From assembly GCA_963707865.1 (NCBI GenBank), contig OY970175.1, forward strand, positions 630,028 through 694,027: a stretch of 64,000 nt of DNA, written 5' to 3'. Below the pieces are notes generated by a model. That model made no database searches, was not told where the DNA came from, and worked only from the letters and a program-made list of their open reading frames with translations. The position numbers and the translations under genes are program-made. This document shows positions 1-8,508 of the stretch, one piece after another (within the stretch, counting starts at the first letter, position 1; each line of letters starts with the position of its first letter). Source of the stretch: an uncultured bacterium. Lineage in GTDB: Bacteria > Patescibacteriota > Minisyncoccia > UBA6257 > 2-01-FULL-56-20.

Positions 1-74
1 TTCGCGAGATCGGGAAGATGCTCGGCGGTTGGATGAAATTCGTACGAAACGGCCCTTACGCGAAAGCGGAATAA
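1..74 (+). CDS. avd: 3' end of DGR accessory protein Avd / four-helix-bundle protein (truncated by window edge)
   Basis: Frame from position 3 reads REIGKMLGGWMKFVRNGPYAKAE*; EIG(K/R)MLGGW is the typical C-terminal motif of bAvd-like proteins; lies next to the TR. Confidence 0.8.
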   Translation, partial: REIGKMLGGWMKFVRNGPYAKAE

Positions 75-93
75 TTTGAAAGAGCATACAGTA

Positions 94-212
94 ACAACGA
101 TCGCGGGACGCGCACCCAGCTTGTCATTCGAATTCCCGGACTCATTCCAGTTCACATTGACCTGCCGATTCCTCGGATTCCAGTTCGCGTGAACCACGCC
201 TTGCGGCACGCG
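94..212 (-). repeat. DGR template repeat (TR)
   Basis: Minus strand reads RVPQGVVHANWNPRNRQVNVNWNESGNSNDKLGARPAIV, rich in AAC/AAT codons (26 adenines); all 93 non-adenine positions match both VRs. Confidence 0.95.
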
Positions 213-436
213 CCCCGTGTTCCTTGATCTCGTCGTATCACACAGAGCCGCCCACGGGCAACCCCTGGCCGCTATTCTCACAAGGAACGTCGTTGTCGTT
301 AGGTTCGACCCGGCACGTTTAGCTTTTGAGGGCTAAGCCGTATGTACATTAGCCGGGAACGAGGCGAACCAACCCGACCCCCTGCGCTCATGCGCAGAAA
401 GCACGGTGGCTTCGGGAGCCCCGCCCTTTGGGTGCT
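213..436. ncRNA. Structured non-coding region flanking the TR (putative part of the DGR RNA)
   Basis: Stems 219-226/281-288, 302-307/365-370, 309-314/352-357, 319-323/332-336, 382-387/392-397, 400-404/432-436; no credible ORF. Confidence 0.45.
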
Positions 437-570
437 AGAAAATTGGATAGCGCCAAAAGGGCGAAGTTGCCGATTTATTCTAAATTATTTTTTCATAGCT
501 TTGTTGTGTTAGAAAAATCGCGCGGAATTCAAAGAAAAAATAATATAAAGAAAAGATTGAATATCAAACT

Positions 571-1656
571 TCAATTTCGACAACGACCGCGGGACGCGCA
601 CCCAGCCTGCCACGCGAACCCCCGGACCCACCCCAGCGCACACTGACCCGCCGATCGCCCCGGATCCCAGACCGCGTGAACCACGCCCTGCGGCACGCGG
701 GAATCGAGGAGCCAAGTCCACTTGGATTTTTTGGCATCGTCGTCATAGGCATCGAAGCTATGGTCCTTTCTCGCTTCAAGCTCTTTCCGTTGCAACATCA
801 AATATTCTTCGAGTGTAAGACCGTTCCATTTTTTCTGCGCGAAAAGCTTGTCCAAATCTTCCGGCTTTTTCCCCATCGTCTCTTCGGGCAGTGGCCCCGA
901 CTGGTACAGCAGGAGATATGCTTTCCTTGTGGGCCGATTTCGGGACGTCGCGTTTTTCGTCACGTCGGGTTCGTACATGTAGTGCGCTTGGCTGTATTGC
1001 TCGGTATCTTGCAGACCCGGAAGCTGTTTATCGGCGAGTTCGGTAAGCAGCTTATTAACGCCGCCTTTCTGAAGGTCGGTTGAGGGCAAAAGCATCGCAC
1101 TATCGAACCCTTCGCGGAGGGCTTCGCGGAGCCGCGCTTCGGATTGCGGGGACAGTCGTACTTCTTTCGGCAATTCTCTCAAGAAATCTTTGAGGTCGTG
1201 GTTGGTATAAAATCCGACCGATTCTTTAAGTACGGCTTCGGTATCCAGTTTTATTTCCCGCTTCCCGTCTTTTGTTTTTTCCACATAAACCCGCCGCGAG
1301 CGTTCATAGCTCCTTTCAAACTCGCGCTGCGAGATGGTAATCCCTTCGCCATCTCCGGTTTCGAGAACGACGTTCCCATCCCTTGTTCTCCCCTTGAACA
1401 CCCACGGCTGCTTCGTCCGGTCGCCGCTCTTTATAAATTGGCTGTCCGGAGTAGCGTCACCCACCGCTTCTGGAAGGTATACGACCTCCTTGCCGTCGGC
1501 ATCAAAAATCCTTGCTTCCACGGGCTTCGGTACTTCGCGAAGCATTTCGGCCCGCCTCGGCACACGCGGACTCAATGCCCCGATCTCGGATGGGGTGAGA
1601 ATAGGGCTTTCGTTTTGCTCAGCCTGCCCCTCGAAGTTTTCTGGTGATTTTTTCAT
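571..1656 (-). CDS. DGR target protein 1 (probable C-terminal CLec-like variable domain), frameshifted inside VR1
   Basis: Paralog of 1708-2793; a 1-nt insertion at ~656-657 moves the conserved GARPAVVVEIEV* tail (ends 564) into another frame. Confidence 0.9.
   Translation of the reverse strand: MKKSPENFEGQAEQNESPILTPSEIGALSPRVPRRAEMLREVPKPVEARIFDADGKEVVYLPEAVGDATPDSQFIKSGDRTKQPWVFKGRTRDGNVVLETGDGEGITISQREFERSYERSRRVYVEKTKDGKREIKLDTEAVLKESVGFYTNHDLKDFLRELPKEVRLSPQSEARLREALREGFDSAMLLPSTDLQKGGVNKLLTELADKQLPGLQDTEQYSQAHYMYEPDVTKNATSRNRPTRKAYLLLYQSGPLPEETMGKKPEDLDKLFAQKKWNGLTLEEYLMLQRKELEARKDHSFDAYDDDAKKSKWTWLLDSRVPQGVVHAVWDPGRSAGQCALGWVRGFAWQAGCASRGRCRN
580..699 (-). repeat. DGR variable repeat VR1
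   Basis: 20 substitutions versus TR, all at TR adenines, plus one inserted base. Confidence 0.93.
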
Positions 1657-1707
1657 GATCTATAAAAATTTTCGCGGAAGAAAAAATAATGAATTAAATA
1701 CAAAAGA

Positions 1708-2793
1708 TCAAACTTCAATTTCGACAACGACCGCGGGACGCGCACCCAGCTCGCCAAGCGAATCCCCGGACTCATCCCAGTGCACATGGACCCGCCGATT
1801 CCCCGGACGCCAGTACGCGCGAACCACGCCTCGCGGCACGCGGGAATCGAGGAGCCAAGTCCACTTGGATTTTTTGGCATCGTCGGAATAGGCATCGAAG
1901 CGATGATCTTTGCTTGCCTCTGCTTCTTTTCTTTGCGTCAATAGGTATTCTTGGAGCGTGAACCCATTCCATTTCTTTTGCGCAAATAATGGATCGAGTT
2001 GATCCGGCGACTTTCCTTTTGTCTCGTCAGGAATTGGGCCGGACTGATAGAGTAGGAGGTAAGCTTTTTGCTTTGGCCTGTTCCTCGTTTCCGCAGTTTT
2101 GGTGCCGCCCTCAAAGTACGGTGCCGTGTATTGCTCGTTCGCCGATAGGTTTGGGATCTCCTTGATAGCGGTTTCAGAGGCGATGGTTTCGATATTCGCG
2201 GATTGCACCTCAGTTTTTGGAAGAAGCATCGCTTTGTCGAATCCCTCGCGAAGGGCTTCGCGCAATCTCGCTTCCGATTGCGAAGACAGCCGGATTTCTC
2301 TTGGTAATTCTTTCAGAAAATCCTTAATATCGTGCGCGGCGTAAAACCCGACGGACTCTTTGAGTACTGCTTCCGTATCAAGACTCACTTCCTTGCCCTC
2401 TTTTGTCCGTTCCGAATAGATCCTCTGGCTTCGCTCATAACTTGCTTCGAGTTCCCGTAACGCGATTGTGATGCCCTCGCCGTCCTCGGTCTCGAGGACC
2501 ACTTTCCCGTCTTTGGTCCTGCCTTTTACAACAAATGGTCTCTTGGCGCGATCTCCCTTCTTGATAACCCGACTGTCCGGGGAAAAGGCCCCTGAGGACT
2601 CGGGGAGATATGCGATCTCATTACCGTCCTCATCGAGAATTTTTGCCTCGATTGGCCTCGGCGCTTCGCGAAGCATTTCCGATCTGCGTGGTACGCGCGG
2701 ACTTAAGGCCCCGATCTCGGAAGGGGTAAGAATGGCATTCTCACTTTCCATAACATCTGACGGCCGTTCCGGATTTTCGGGCGATCTTTTCAT
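1708..2793 (-). CDS. DGR target protein 2 (probable C-terminal CLec-like variable domain)
   Basis: 361-aa ORF ending WTWLLDSRVPRGVVRAYWRPGNRRVHVHWDESGDSLGELGARPAVVVEIEV*, with VR at the extreme C-terminus. Confidence 0.92.
   Translation of the reverse strand: MKRSPENPERPSDVMESENAILTPSEIGALSPRVPRRSEMLREAPRPIEAKILDEDGNEIAYLPESSGAFSPDSRVIKKGDRAKRPFVVKGRTKDGKVVLETEDGEGITIALRELEASYERSQRIYSERTKEGKEVSLDTEAVLKESVGFYAAHDIKDFLKELPREIRLSSQSEARLREALREGFDKAMLLPKTEVQSANIETIASETAIKEIPNLSANEQYTAPYFEGGTKTAETRNRPKQKAYLLLYQSGPIPDETKGKSPDQLDPLFAQKKWNGFTLQEYLLTQRKEAEASKDHRFDAYSDDAKKSKWTWLLDSRVPRGVVRAYWRPGNRRVHVHWDESGDSLGELGARPAVVVEIEV
1724..1842 (-). repeat. DGR variable repeat VR2
   Basis: Ungapped 119-nt alignment to TR with 16 mismatches, all at TR adenines. 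Confidence 0.95.
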
Positions 2794-2800
2794 GGTGTTA

Positions 2801-4468
2801 TCACAATTGAAATTCTTCTTGAAACTTTTTTACAAGATTGCGATCCTCTTCAGGATAGATTTTTTGGGATCCCCACGCGGTGATTTTCTCCGCGAGGAAG
2901 TTTTTGAGAGTCTCGTTGGACCTCATGGCTGATTTTCGGTATTCCTGAAGCCAAGAAATGATGAGACCCGGATCAAGCACGGCATGACGAAGATAAGAAG
3001 CATCACGCAGGGTTGTAGTGAGTGCATTCTCTTCGCCTTTGTAGCTTTTCTGGATAGCCGCGACGAATTCGGCAAACCGCCAGAGCGTTCCTCCCGCTTT
3101 GGGATCGGTGTCAATCTCGGGATGCTTGCTATTGGTTCGCGCATCCACTACTTCTTTCCATTGCGGAGGCAACTCGTCCTTCGGTACGCGAATTCGATCG
3201 TTCTGGTCCATAAGCGCCGCGAGCATCATTTCATAAAGCTCGGGATCTTCCGGGGATTGCGGCGGATAATCTACCTCAAGCGAGCCGAGTTCCCGCGCCA
3301 CCTCGACCGGAAGCTCGGAGCGATCCGGATGTTTTTCCGAAGGAAGGTTGGCTGAGCCAATAAAACCGAATTCGGGAGCAAGTTTTTCTGAACTGCCTGC
3401 CCAAGCTGCAAAGCTGATTTCCTCTCCCGCGCGGCGGCCGGAAAGTTGCTTGATTAAAGAACGCAAGCCTTCCGGAGGGTAGCCGTTCATTTCGTCCATA
3501 TAGAATATTCCGCCAGCTCCGGCTTTCGCATCCCGCGAGGTCTTTTTCCCGGTCACCGCTTGACCGAGCGGCCCGTAGGTGACGAATGTTTCTCTGTCCT
3601 TATCTATACTTCGCAAACCTAAAAGCGGTCGGATGTCAGTTTTCGCTTCTTCGCCTACTTCATAAGGCGCACGTTCGGTAAGCCGTTGCGAAGCAGCACG
3701 AGCGAGACGAGTTTTTCCGGTTCCAGTTTCTCCATAAAGGAGGAGTGGCCGATTCTGATTCACGATCACAAGGTGCTCGAGAATTTTCTGGAATAATTTT
3801 TCTCTTGATGGAGTCCAAATAAAGCCGCCCTTCTTAAGCTGCTCCCGATATGTCTTCAAGCGTTCAAAAGAAAGCCGCGCTGAGAGTTCCGGATCTTCGC
3901 GCTCCATCCGTTGCATCGAGCCATCGGTTGCTTTCACGCGAGCCGCGAGATCGGCAAGCTCGAGCAGAGTAAGTTCATCGGATTCTTTTTCCCGATGGGA
4001 AAAAATATCTGAATAGAGTTCGAGACGACGCTCGTCCGCTCCGTCCCTCTGAGCTTTTTCCCGGAGATAATTCTCGTACGAAGGGGCAAGTTTTTCCTCT
4101 TCTGCAAATTCACGTTCCAAGGTTTTCTCAAAGATTCCACGCACGTTGGTATCTTTGAAGCGAGGGCGTATGGCGGTGCGGAGCGGAGCGAGTTTTGTGT
4201 CGACTGCAACCGTCGCTCGGATACGCCGGGCACGATCCGCTGGTGATTCCTGATCGTTCTTGGGCTCGGCTCTTTTATCTCGATATTCTTTGGCAAGCTC
4301 GTCTCTCTTGCGCTGATAGTCGCGCCAAAGCGCATAGAGCTCCTCAGATCCCTGTTCGGGAGAATTCCATGTCTCGGCAAAAGAAACGACGCCTTCTTTT
4401 TGCGGAGCCTTTTCCGAAGCTTGTTCCAGCTTATTCTCTATTTCCTCGAATTTGGGGCTCTCCTTCAT
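2801..4468 (-). CDS. AAA+ ATPase, MoxR/CbbQ/AAA_5-like, with charged helical N-terminus
   Basis: Walker A GETGTGKT, Walker B IFYMDEMN, sensor-1 FIGSAN; ends 7 nt before target 2 start. Confidence 0.85.
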   Translation of the reverse strand: MKESPKFEEIENKLEQASEKAPQKEGVVSFAETWNSPEQGSEELYALWRDYQRKRDELAKEYRDKRAEPKNDQESPADRARRIRATVAVDTKLAPLRTAIRPRFKDTNVRGIFEKTLEREFAEEEKLAPSYENYLREKAQRDGADERRLELYSDIFSHREKESDELTLLELADLAARVKATDGSMQRMEREDPELSARLSFERLKTYREQLKKGGFIWTPSREKLFQKILEHLVIVNQNRPLLLYGETGTGKTRLARAASQRLTERAPYEVGEEAKTDIRPLLGLRSIDKDRETFVTYGPLGQAVTGKKTSRDAKAGAGGIFYMDEMNGYPPEGLRSLIKQLSGRRAGEEISFAAWAGSSEKLAPEFGFIGSANLPSEKHPDRSELPVEVARELGSLEVDYPPQSPEDPELYEMMLAALMDQNDRIRVPKDELPPQWKEVVDARTNSKHPEIDTDPKAGGTLWRFAEFVAAIQKSYKGEENALTTTLRDASYLRHAVLDPGLIISWLQEYRKSAMRSNETLKNFLAEKITAWGSQKIYPEEDRNLVKKFQEEFQL

Positions 4469-4645
4469 GTTGATTTGATGGCTAGATTATACATCGGAAT
4501 GACCTGCAAGTCAACAGGCGCTCCTTTGTTTTTGCTTATATTAATACTTCAAGTTTACATCATTACCAAGTCGAAAGAAATATCCTTAAATCTGGGGCGT
4601 CGGAGCACTCTGGACTTTTCCCACCGTTGCGTCATCCATTTCAAT

Positions 4646-4954
4646 ATGGACGACGATATTGAGGCGATCATAAGGGCGGCGAAAAATATCCGCGATGATA
4701 AAAATGGGGAATCATTCCTCAATCCCGCTTCTTCCCTTCCGTCTTCAAAGCGGAAATTGAAACTGGCGATCAAGGAACGGATCCGGCTGCTTTGCGCCGC
4801 GTATATTTCGCTGGCTTCTTTCGTACCAGATGAGGACGTTGAAGCATTTACCGATCTGAAGAAGCAAGGGCGAGTCCTTAAGCGCGTGCTGCAGGAAATG
4901 GAGCGAAACTGCAAGGAAATTGAGGACTTCCGGCCGCTCGACTTATCAACCTGA
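4646..4954 (+). CDS. Hypothetical protein (~102 aa)
   Basis: ATG at 4646 (MDDDIEAII...), helical charged ORF upstream of the recombinase. Confidence 0.55.
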   Translation: MDDDIEAIIRAAKNIRDDKNGESFLNPASSLPSSKRKLKLAIKERIRLLCAAYISLASFVPDEDVEAFTDLKKQGRVLKRVLQEMERNCKEIEDFRPLDLST

Positions 4955-4995
4955 GGGCTCCTGGACTCTCTGGAGGGGTTGCGTCATCCCTTGTC

Positions 4996-6339
4996 TTGAT
5001 GACAAACCTAACCAAGGGGTCGGCAGGAGCGGCGACCTCAACCAATCAGCCGCTGCCAGTAAAGGTCGCCTACTGTCTGTATGCAAGAAAGAGTACAGAA
5101 TCAGAGGAAAAACAAATTCTTTCGATTGATAGCCAAATCACGGAGATGATCAGGATTGCCGAGCGAGACGGATTGGAGATCGCGGAGATCAGGAAGGAAT
5201 CCCACTCCGCGAAAGATGTCGGCCAACGCGAAGTGTTTAACTCGCTCCTCACAGACATTCGCGCGGGTAAATTCAACGGCATCCTCACGTGGGCACCGGA
5301 TCGCTTGAGCCGCAATGCGGGCGATCTCGGATCGCTCGTCGATCTCATGGATCAGAAGCAGCTCGTCGAGATACGAACCTTCTCGCAAAAGTTCACTAAC
5401 AATCCAAGCGAGAAATTCATGCTCATGATCCTGTGCTCGACGGCGAAACTCGAGAACGACAATAAATCGGAAAACGTGAGACGGGGCCTGCGGGCGCGGG
5501 TGGAAATGGGCCTCTGGCCAGGCATCGCGCCTACGGGATATCTGAACGAAAAACGGAAGGATAAGAAATGCGAACTCCTGGTAGATCCCGTGCGAGGTCC
5601 CATCATCCGTCAAATGTTTGAGAAGGTGGCGAATGAGCAATGGTCGGGACGCAGGCTCTATCTATGGCTCAAAAACGAGGTAAAGTTCAAGACGATCACC
5701 GGAAAACCCCTCTCGTTATCGAATATCTTCATCGTCCTCCAAAAAACCTTCTACTACGGAACGTTTGAATTCCCCGAAAAGTCGGGCAAATGGTACACCG
5801 GCGTCCATACGCCCCTCGTCACAAAAGAACTATTTGATCGAGCGCGGGAGCAGATGAAGCGGAGCGAGGTCAAAAACGACAAGGAATTCGCCTTCACAAA
5901 GCTCATCACGTGCGGCCTTTGCGGATCAGGAATCACTGCATCTGAAAAATGGAAATATCAAAAGAACGGCAATACCCATCGGTATGTGTACTATGGATGC
6001 ACGAAGAAGCGTGACGTAAATTGCCAATGCGGATATATCAAAGAAGAAGAAATTATCGACCAGATTCTCGCGATGTTCGACACGCTCGATATCAACGAGC
6101 TGGGTGTCAAGCAGAAATTCAAGGACGAAATCGCGCGGTACAACAAATTCAGGAGAGTCGCCTTGGGCAAGGGCCGAGAACAGAACGCCGAACCGGAAAT
6201 CTTCGATGCCAAGGTCTATGCGGTCTACGTCTTAACCGAAGGCACGATTATCGAAAAACGCGAGCTGTTATCAAACCTGAGGAGCCGCTTGAAATTCCAG
6301 AACAAGACGCTCGCCTTAATGCCGCAGGAAACGGCATAA
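4996..6339 (+). CDS. Large serine recombinase (resolvase + recombinase + Zn ribbon)
   Basis: YARKS catalytic motif, DRLSRN, APTGY, CGLCG...YYGC zinc ribbon. Confidence 0.93.
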   Translation: MMTNLTKGSAGAATSTNQPLPVKVAYCLYARKSTESEEKQILSIDSQITEMIRIAERDGLEIAEIRKESHSAKDVGQREVFNSLLTDIRAGKFNGILTWAPDRLSRNAGDLGSLVDLMDQKQLVEIRTFSQKFTNNPSEKFMLMILCSTAKLENDNKSENVRRGLRARVEMGLWPGIAPTGYLNEKRKDKKCELLVDPVRGPIIRQMFEKVANEQWSGRRLYLWLKNEVKFKTITGKPLSLSNIFIVLQKTFYYGTFEFPEKSGKWYTGVHTPLVTKELFDRAREQMKRSEVKNDKEFAFTKLITCGLCGSGITASEKWKYQKNGNTHRYVYYGCTKKRDVNCQCGYIKEEEIIDQILAMFDTLDINELGVKQKFKDEIARYNKFRRVALGKGREQNAEPEIFDAKVYAVYVLTEGTIIEKRELLSNLRSRLKFQNKTLALMPQETA

Positions 6340-6354
6340 AAGGAATTGTTGATA

Positions 6355-6394
6355 ATACAAAACACCGCCGCAAATTTGCGGCGGTGTTTTGTAT
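6355..6394. terminator. Perfect 40-bp palindrome, probable bidirectional terminator
   Basis: atacaaaacaccgccgcaaa|tttgcggcggtgttttgtat, 15 nt after the recombinase stop. Confidence 0.8.
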
Positions 6395-6533
6395 ACAGCA
6401 TGATCGTGCAACGACTCAAGGGATCTGACTCGCCCGCGAACGGTAAAGAGGTTTCAGTGTACTAGAGGGTCATCCCTCAAGGACGCGCTGGAACCTCAGG
6501 AATCACGGTCTCAAAACACCTATCACTGGACTG

Positions 6534-6605
6534 TGCGTCCTGGAGGGATCGGACCTCCGGCCTCTACAGTGTCATTGTAGCGCTCTACCACTGAGCTAAG
6601 GACGC
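6534..6605 (-). tRNA. tRNA-Val(GAC)
   Basis: GCGTCCTTAGCTCAGTGGTAGAGC; anticodon arm CTACA-ATGACAC-TGTAG; atypical T loop TCCGATC; CCA not encoded. Confidence 0.9.
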
Positions 6606-6633
6606 CAGGGGACTCGGTTCATTCTACGGTCTC

Positions 6634-6852
6634 TTACTGCGGTTTGACAAGACCGGGAAGGCGAAGGGCCTCCGCACCCTCCAGATTGAAACTGGTATTC
6701 GCCCCCGCCGGCACGTTCGCCTGGACCGCGCGATTCACTTCCACGATTACATCGCCGATCCCCCAACTGAAATACGCGACGATAATCGCAAGAAAAACAA
6801 TCGCGAAAATGGCGAGGGTGGTCTCTGGATAGTGTCTGAAAAATGCTTTCAT
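6634..6852 (-). CDS. Small membrane protein, probably pilus-associated
   Basis: 72 aa with one hydrophobic helix; 4-nt overlap with the upstream PilO-like gene. Confidence 0.65.
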   Translation of the reverse strand: MKAFFRHYPETTLAIFAIVFLAIIVAYFSWGIGDVIVEVNRAVQANVPAGANTSFNLEGAEALRLPGLVKPQ

Positions 6853-7382
6853 GATCCTCTGGAAAATGCTCGGCCCTGCGCGGTGAGGAGGTACGCCGTT
6901 CCACTGCTCGTAAAGTCAAAGGAATCGATCGCAATGATGAATCCGGACGCTTCCGCCTCAAGATCATTGAGAAACGCGACGAGATCGCTCGGGGCTCCGG
7001 TCGCGACCAGGGAAAAATCATCGCTGCCGGGAGTGGAGGTGGTGGCCGCGGTCCCCCCTCCCTTGAACGCGAACGAAACCGAAACATTGTGCGCCTGCCC
7101 GAGAGTATTGAGCGCCTGCGGGAGCCCCACAAGCTTATCATACGTCGGCAAAATTGATTTCAAGACGGGTGTGTAAGGAGCCGCTTGTGCCGCTTCGCTT
7201 TTGAGGCTCGCCAGAATGCCGACTGCCGTATTTTCCTCCGCGATGCGGGTCCGATCGGAAACGATCTTATCCGTCTGCGCCGCAATGTCGTTGGAAAAAA
7301 AGTAAATGGCAATGGACGCTACCGCAATGGCCGCCGCGATGATTCCGATGCTTATTTGCAATTGCCGCTTGAGATTCCTCAT
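6849..7382 (-). CDS. Type IV pilus PilO-like protein
   Basis: N-terminal TM helix, coiled coil, ...FLNDLE...IIAIDSFDF ferredoxin-like C-terminus. Confidence 0.6.
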   Translation of the reverse strand: MRNLKRQLQISIGIIAAAIAVASIAIYFFSNDIAAQTDKIVSDRTRIAEENTAVGILASLKSEAAQAAPYTPVLKSILPTYDKLVGLPQALNTLGQAHNVSVSFAFKGGGTAATTSTPGSDDFSLVATGAPSDLVAFLNDLEAEASGFIIAIDSFDFTSSGTAYLLTAQGRAFSRGS

Positions 7383-7459
7383 TGCACCGCTTCATTCTAC
7401 CATTAAAAAATTGTGAACGCACACTTTACTTTTGGAACGTTTTCCGCAACGCTTCTCTG

Positions 7460-8494
7460 ATGGATGAGGAAGCATACTACTATTATAATGCGGTCGCCGT
7501 GGGCACGGGCGGCGATTATCGGAAAATCGCGCAGTTAAAAAAGAAATATGGCGACTGGAAACGCGCGCACGAAGCACTCGAGCATTTCGGCATCCCTCCG
7601 CCCGATGCCGAGACGGAATGGAAAAACCTTGCGCGCGCGGGCGTCGCCCTCATACTTTTTGAACATGAAGAATATCCTGCACCGCTCCGGGAAATAAATG
7701 ATCATCCCTTCGGCATTTACCTGCGCGGCGCACTCCCGCCGCAGAACGTGCCGCTTTTCGCGATTGTGGGCACCCGGCGTGCCACGCCTGAAGGAAAAAA
7801 CATCGCCCGGTGTTTCGCGCGGGAGCTCACGCAATGCGGGTTCGGCATCGTAAGCGGCCTCGCGTTCGGTATCGATGCCGCAGCACACGAAGGATGTCTT
7901 GATGCCCGGGGTGTGACGATCGCGGTGCTTGCCGGAGGGTTGCATGCCGTGTATCCCCGAGAGCATGCGCGCCTTGCGGAAAAAATCCTTCAAAGCGGCG
8001 GCGTACTCGTCTCCGAATACCCGCTCGGCGCGCCTCCGTACGCAGACCGCTTTCTGGAACGGAACAGGATTGTGAGCGGCCTTTCGCGCGGCGTTTTGAT
8101 CGTAGAAGCGCCACAGGGATCGGGCGCACTCGTGACCGCACACCTCGCTCTTGAACAAAATCGGGACGTATTCGTCGTACCCGGTTCCATCGTCCATCCG
8201 AACTTCGCGGGCTCCCACGCACTCATCCGTCAAGGGGCAACGCTCACGACCACTCCCCACGAAATCATGGAAAGCTATGGCATCTCTCCCGCGGAGAAGA
8301 TTGCCGTGCAAGAAAAAACGGCGTCACTCGAAGAAAGACTGATTTTAAAGGCCTTGCGGGAAGCTTCCGTACCTCTTGCGGTTGACAAAATCACGGCAAT
8401 CACTAAGCTGGAACCCCAAATCGCAAACCGGACGCTTTCGTTCCTTTTGCTAAAAAATCTCATCAAAGAACGGAGTGAAGGGTATACAATATAA
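7460..8494 (+). CDS. dprA: DNA-processing protein DprA
   Basis: AIVGTR, IVSGLAFGIDAAAH, FLERNRIVSGLS, SGALVTA motifs; start placed at ATG 7460. Confidence 0.96.
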   Translation: MDEEAYYYYNAVAVGTGGDYRKIAQLKKKYGDWKRAHEALEHFGIPPPDAETEWKNLARAGVALILFEHEEYPAPLREINDHPFGIYLRGALPPQNVPLFAIVGTRRATPEGKNIARCFARELTQCGFGIVSGLAFGIDAAAHEGCLDARGVTIAVLAGGLHAVYPREHARLAEKILQSGGVLVSEYPLGAPPYADRFLERNRIVSGLSRGVLIVEAPQGSGALVTAHLALEQNRDVFVVPGSIVHPNFAGSHALIRQGATLTTTPHEIMESYGISPAEKIAVQEKTASLEERLILKALREASVPLAVDKITAITKLEPQIANRTLSFLLLKNLIKERSEGYTI

Positions 8495-8508
8495 CAACAC
8501 AACCAACC

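Larger units (their letters stand above)
1..2793. mobile_element. Diversity-generating retroelement (DGR) cassette: avd 3' end, TR and two VR-bearing target genes; RT not in window
   Basis: TR 94-212 aligns with VR1 580-699 and VR2 1724-1842, with substitutions only at TR adenines (minus strand); Avd-like C-terminus at 3-74. Confidence 0.95.

Noticed and set aside
500-563. Canonical DGR hairpin downstream of the VRs
   Set aside because: Both VR 3' flanks share an AT-rich aaaaat..cgcggaa..gaaaaaataat pattern, but I could not find a convincing GC stem, so no hairpin is claimed.
564-779. Separate 71-aa gene
   Set aside because: It is the out-of-frame native tail of DGR target 1.
94-1842. Three related repeats as a CRISPR array or simple duplication
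   Set aside because: No repeat-spacer periodicity or cas genes; the adenine-only differences identify a DGR.
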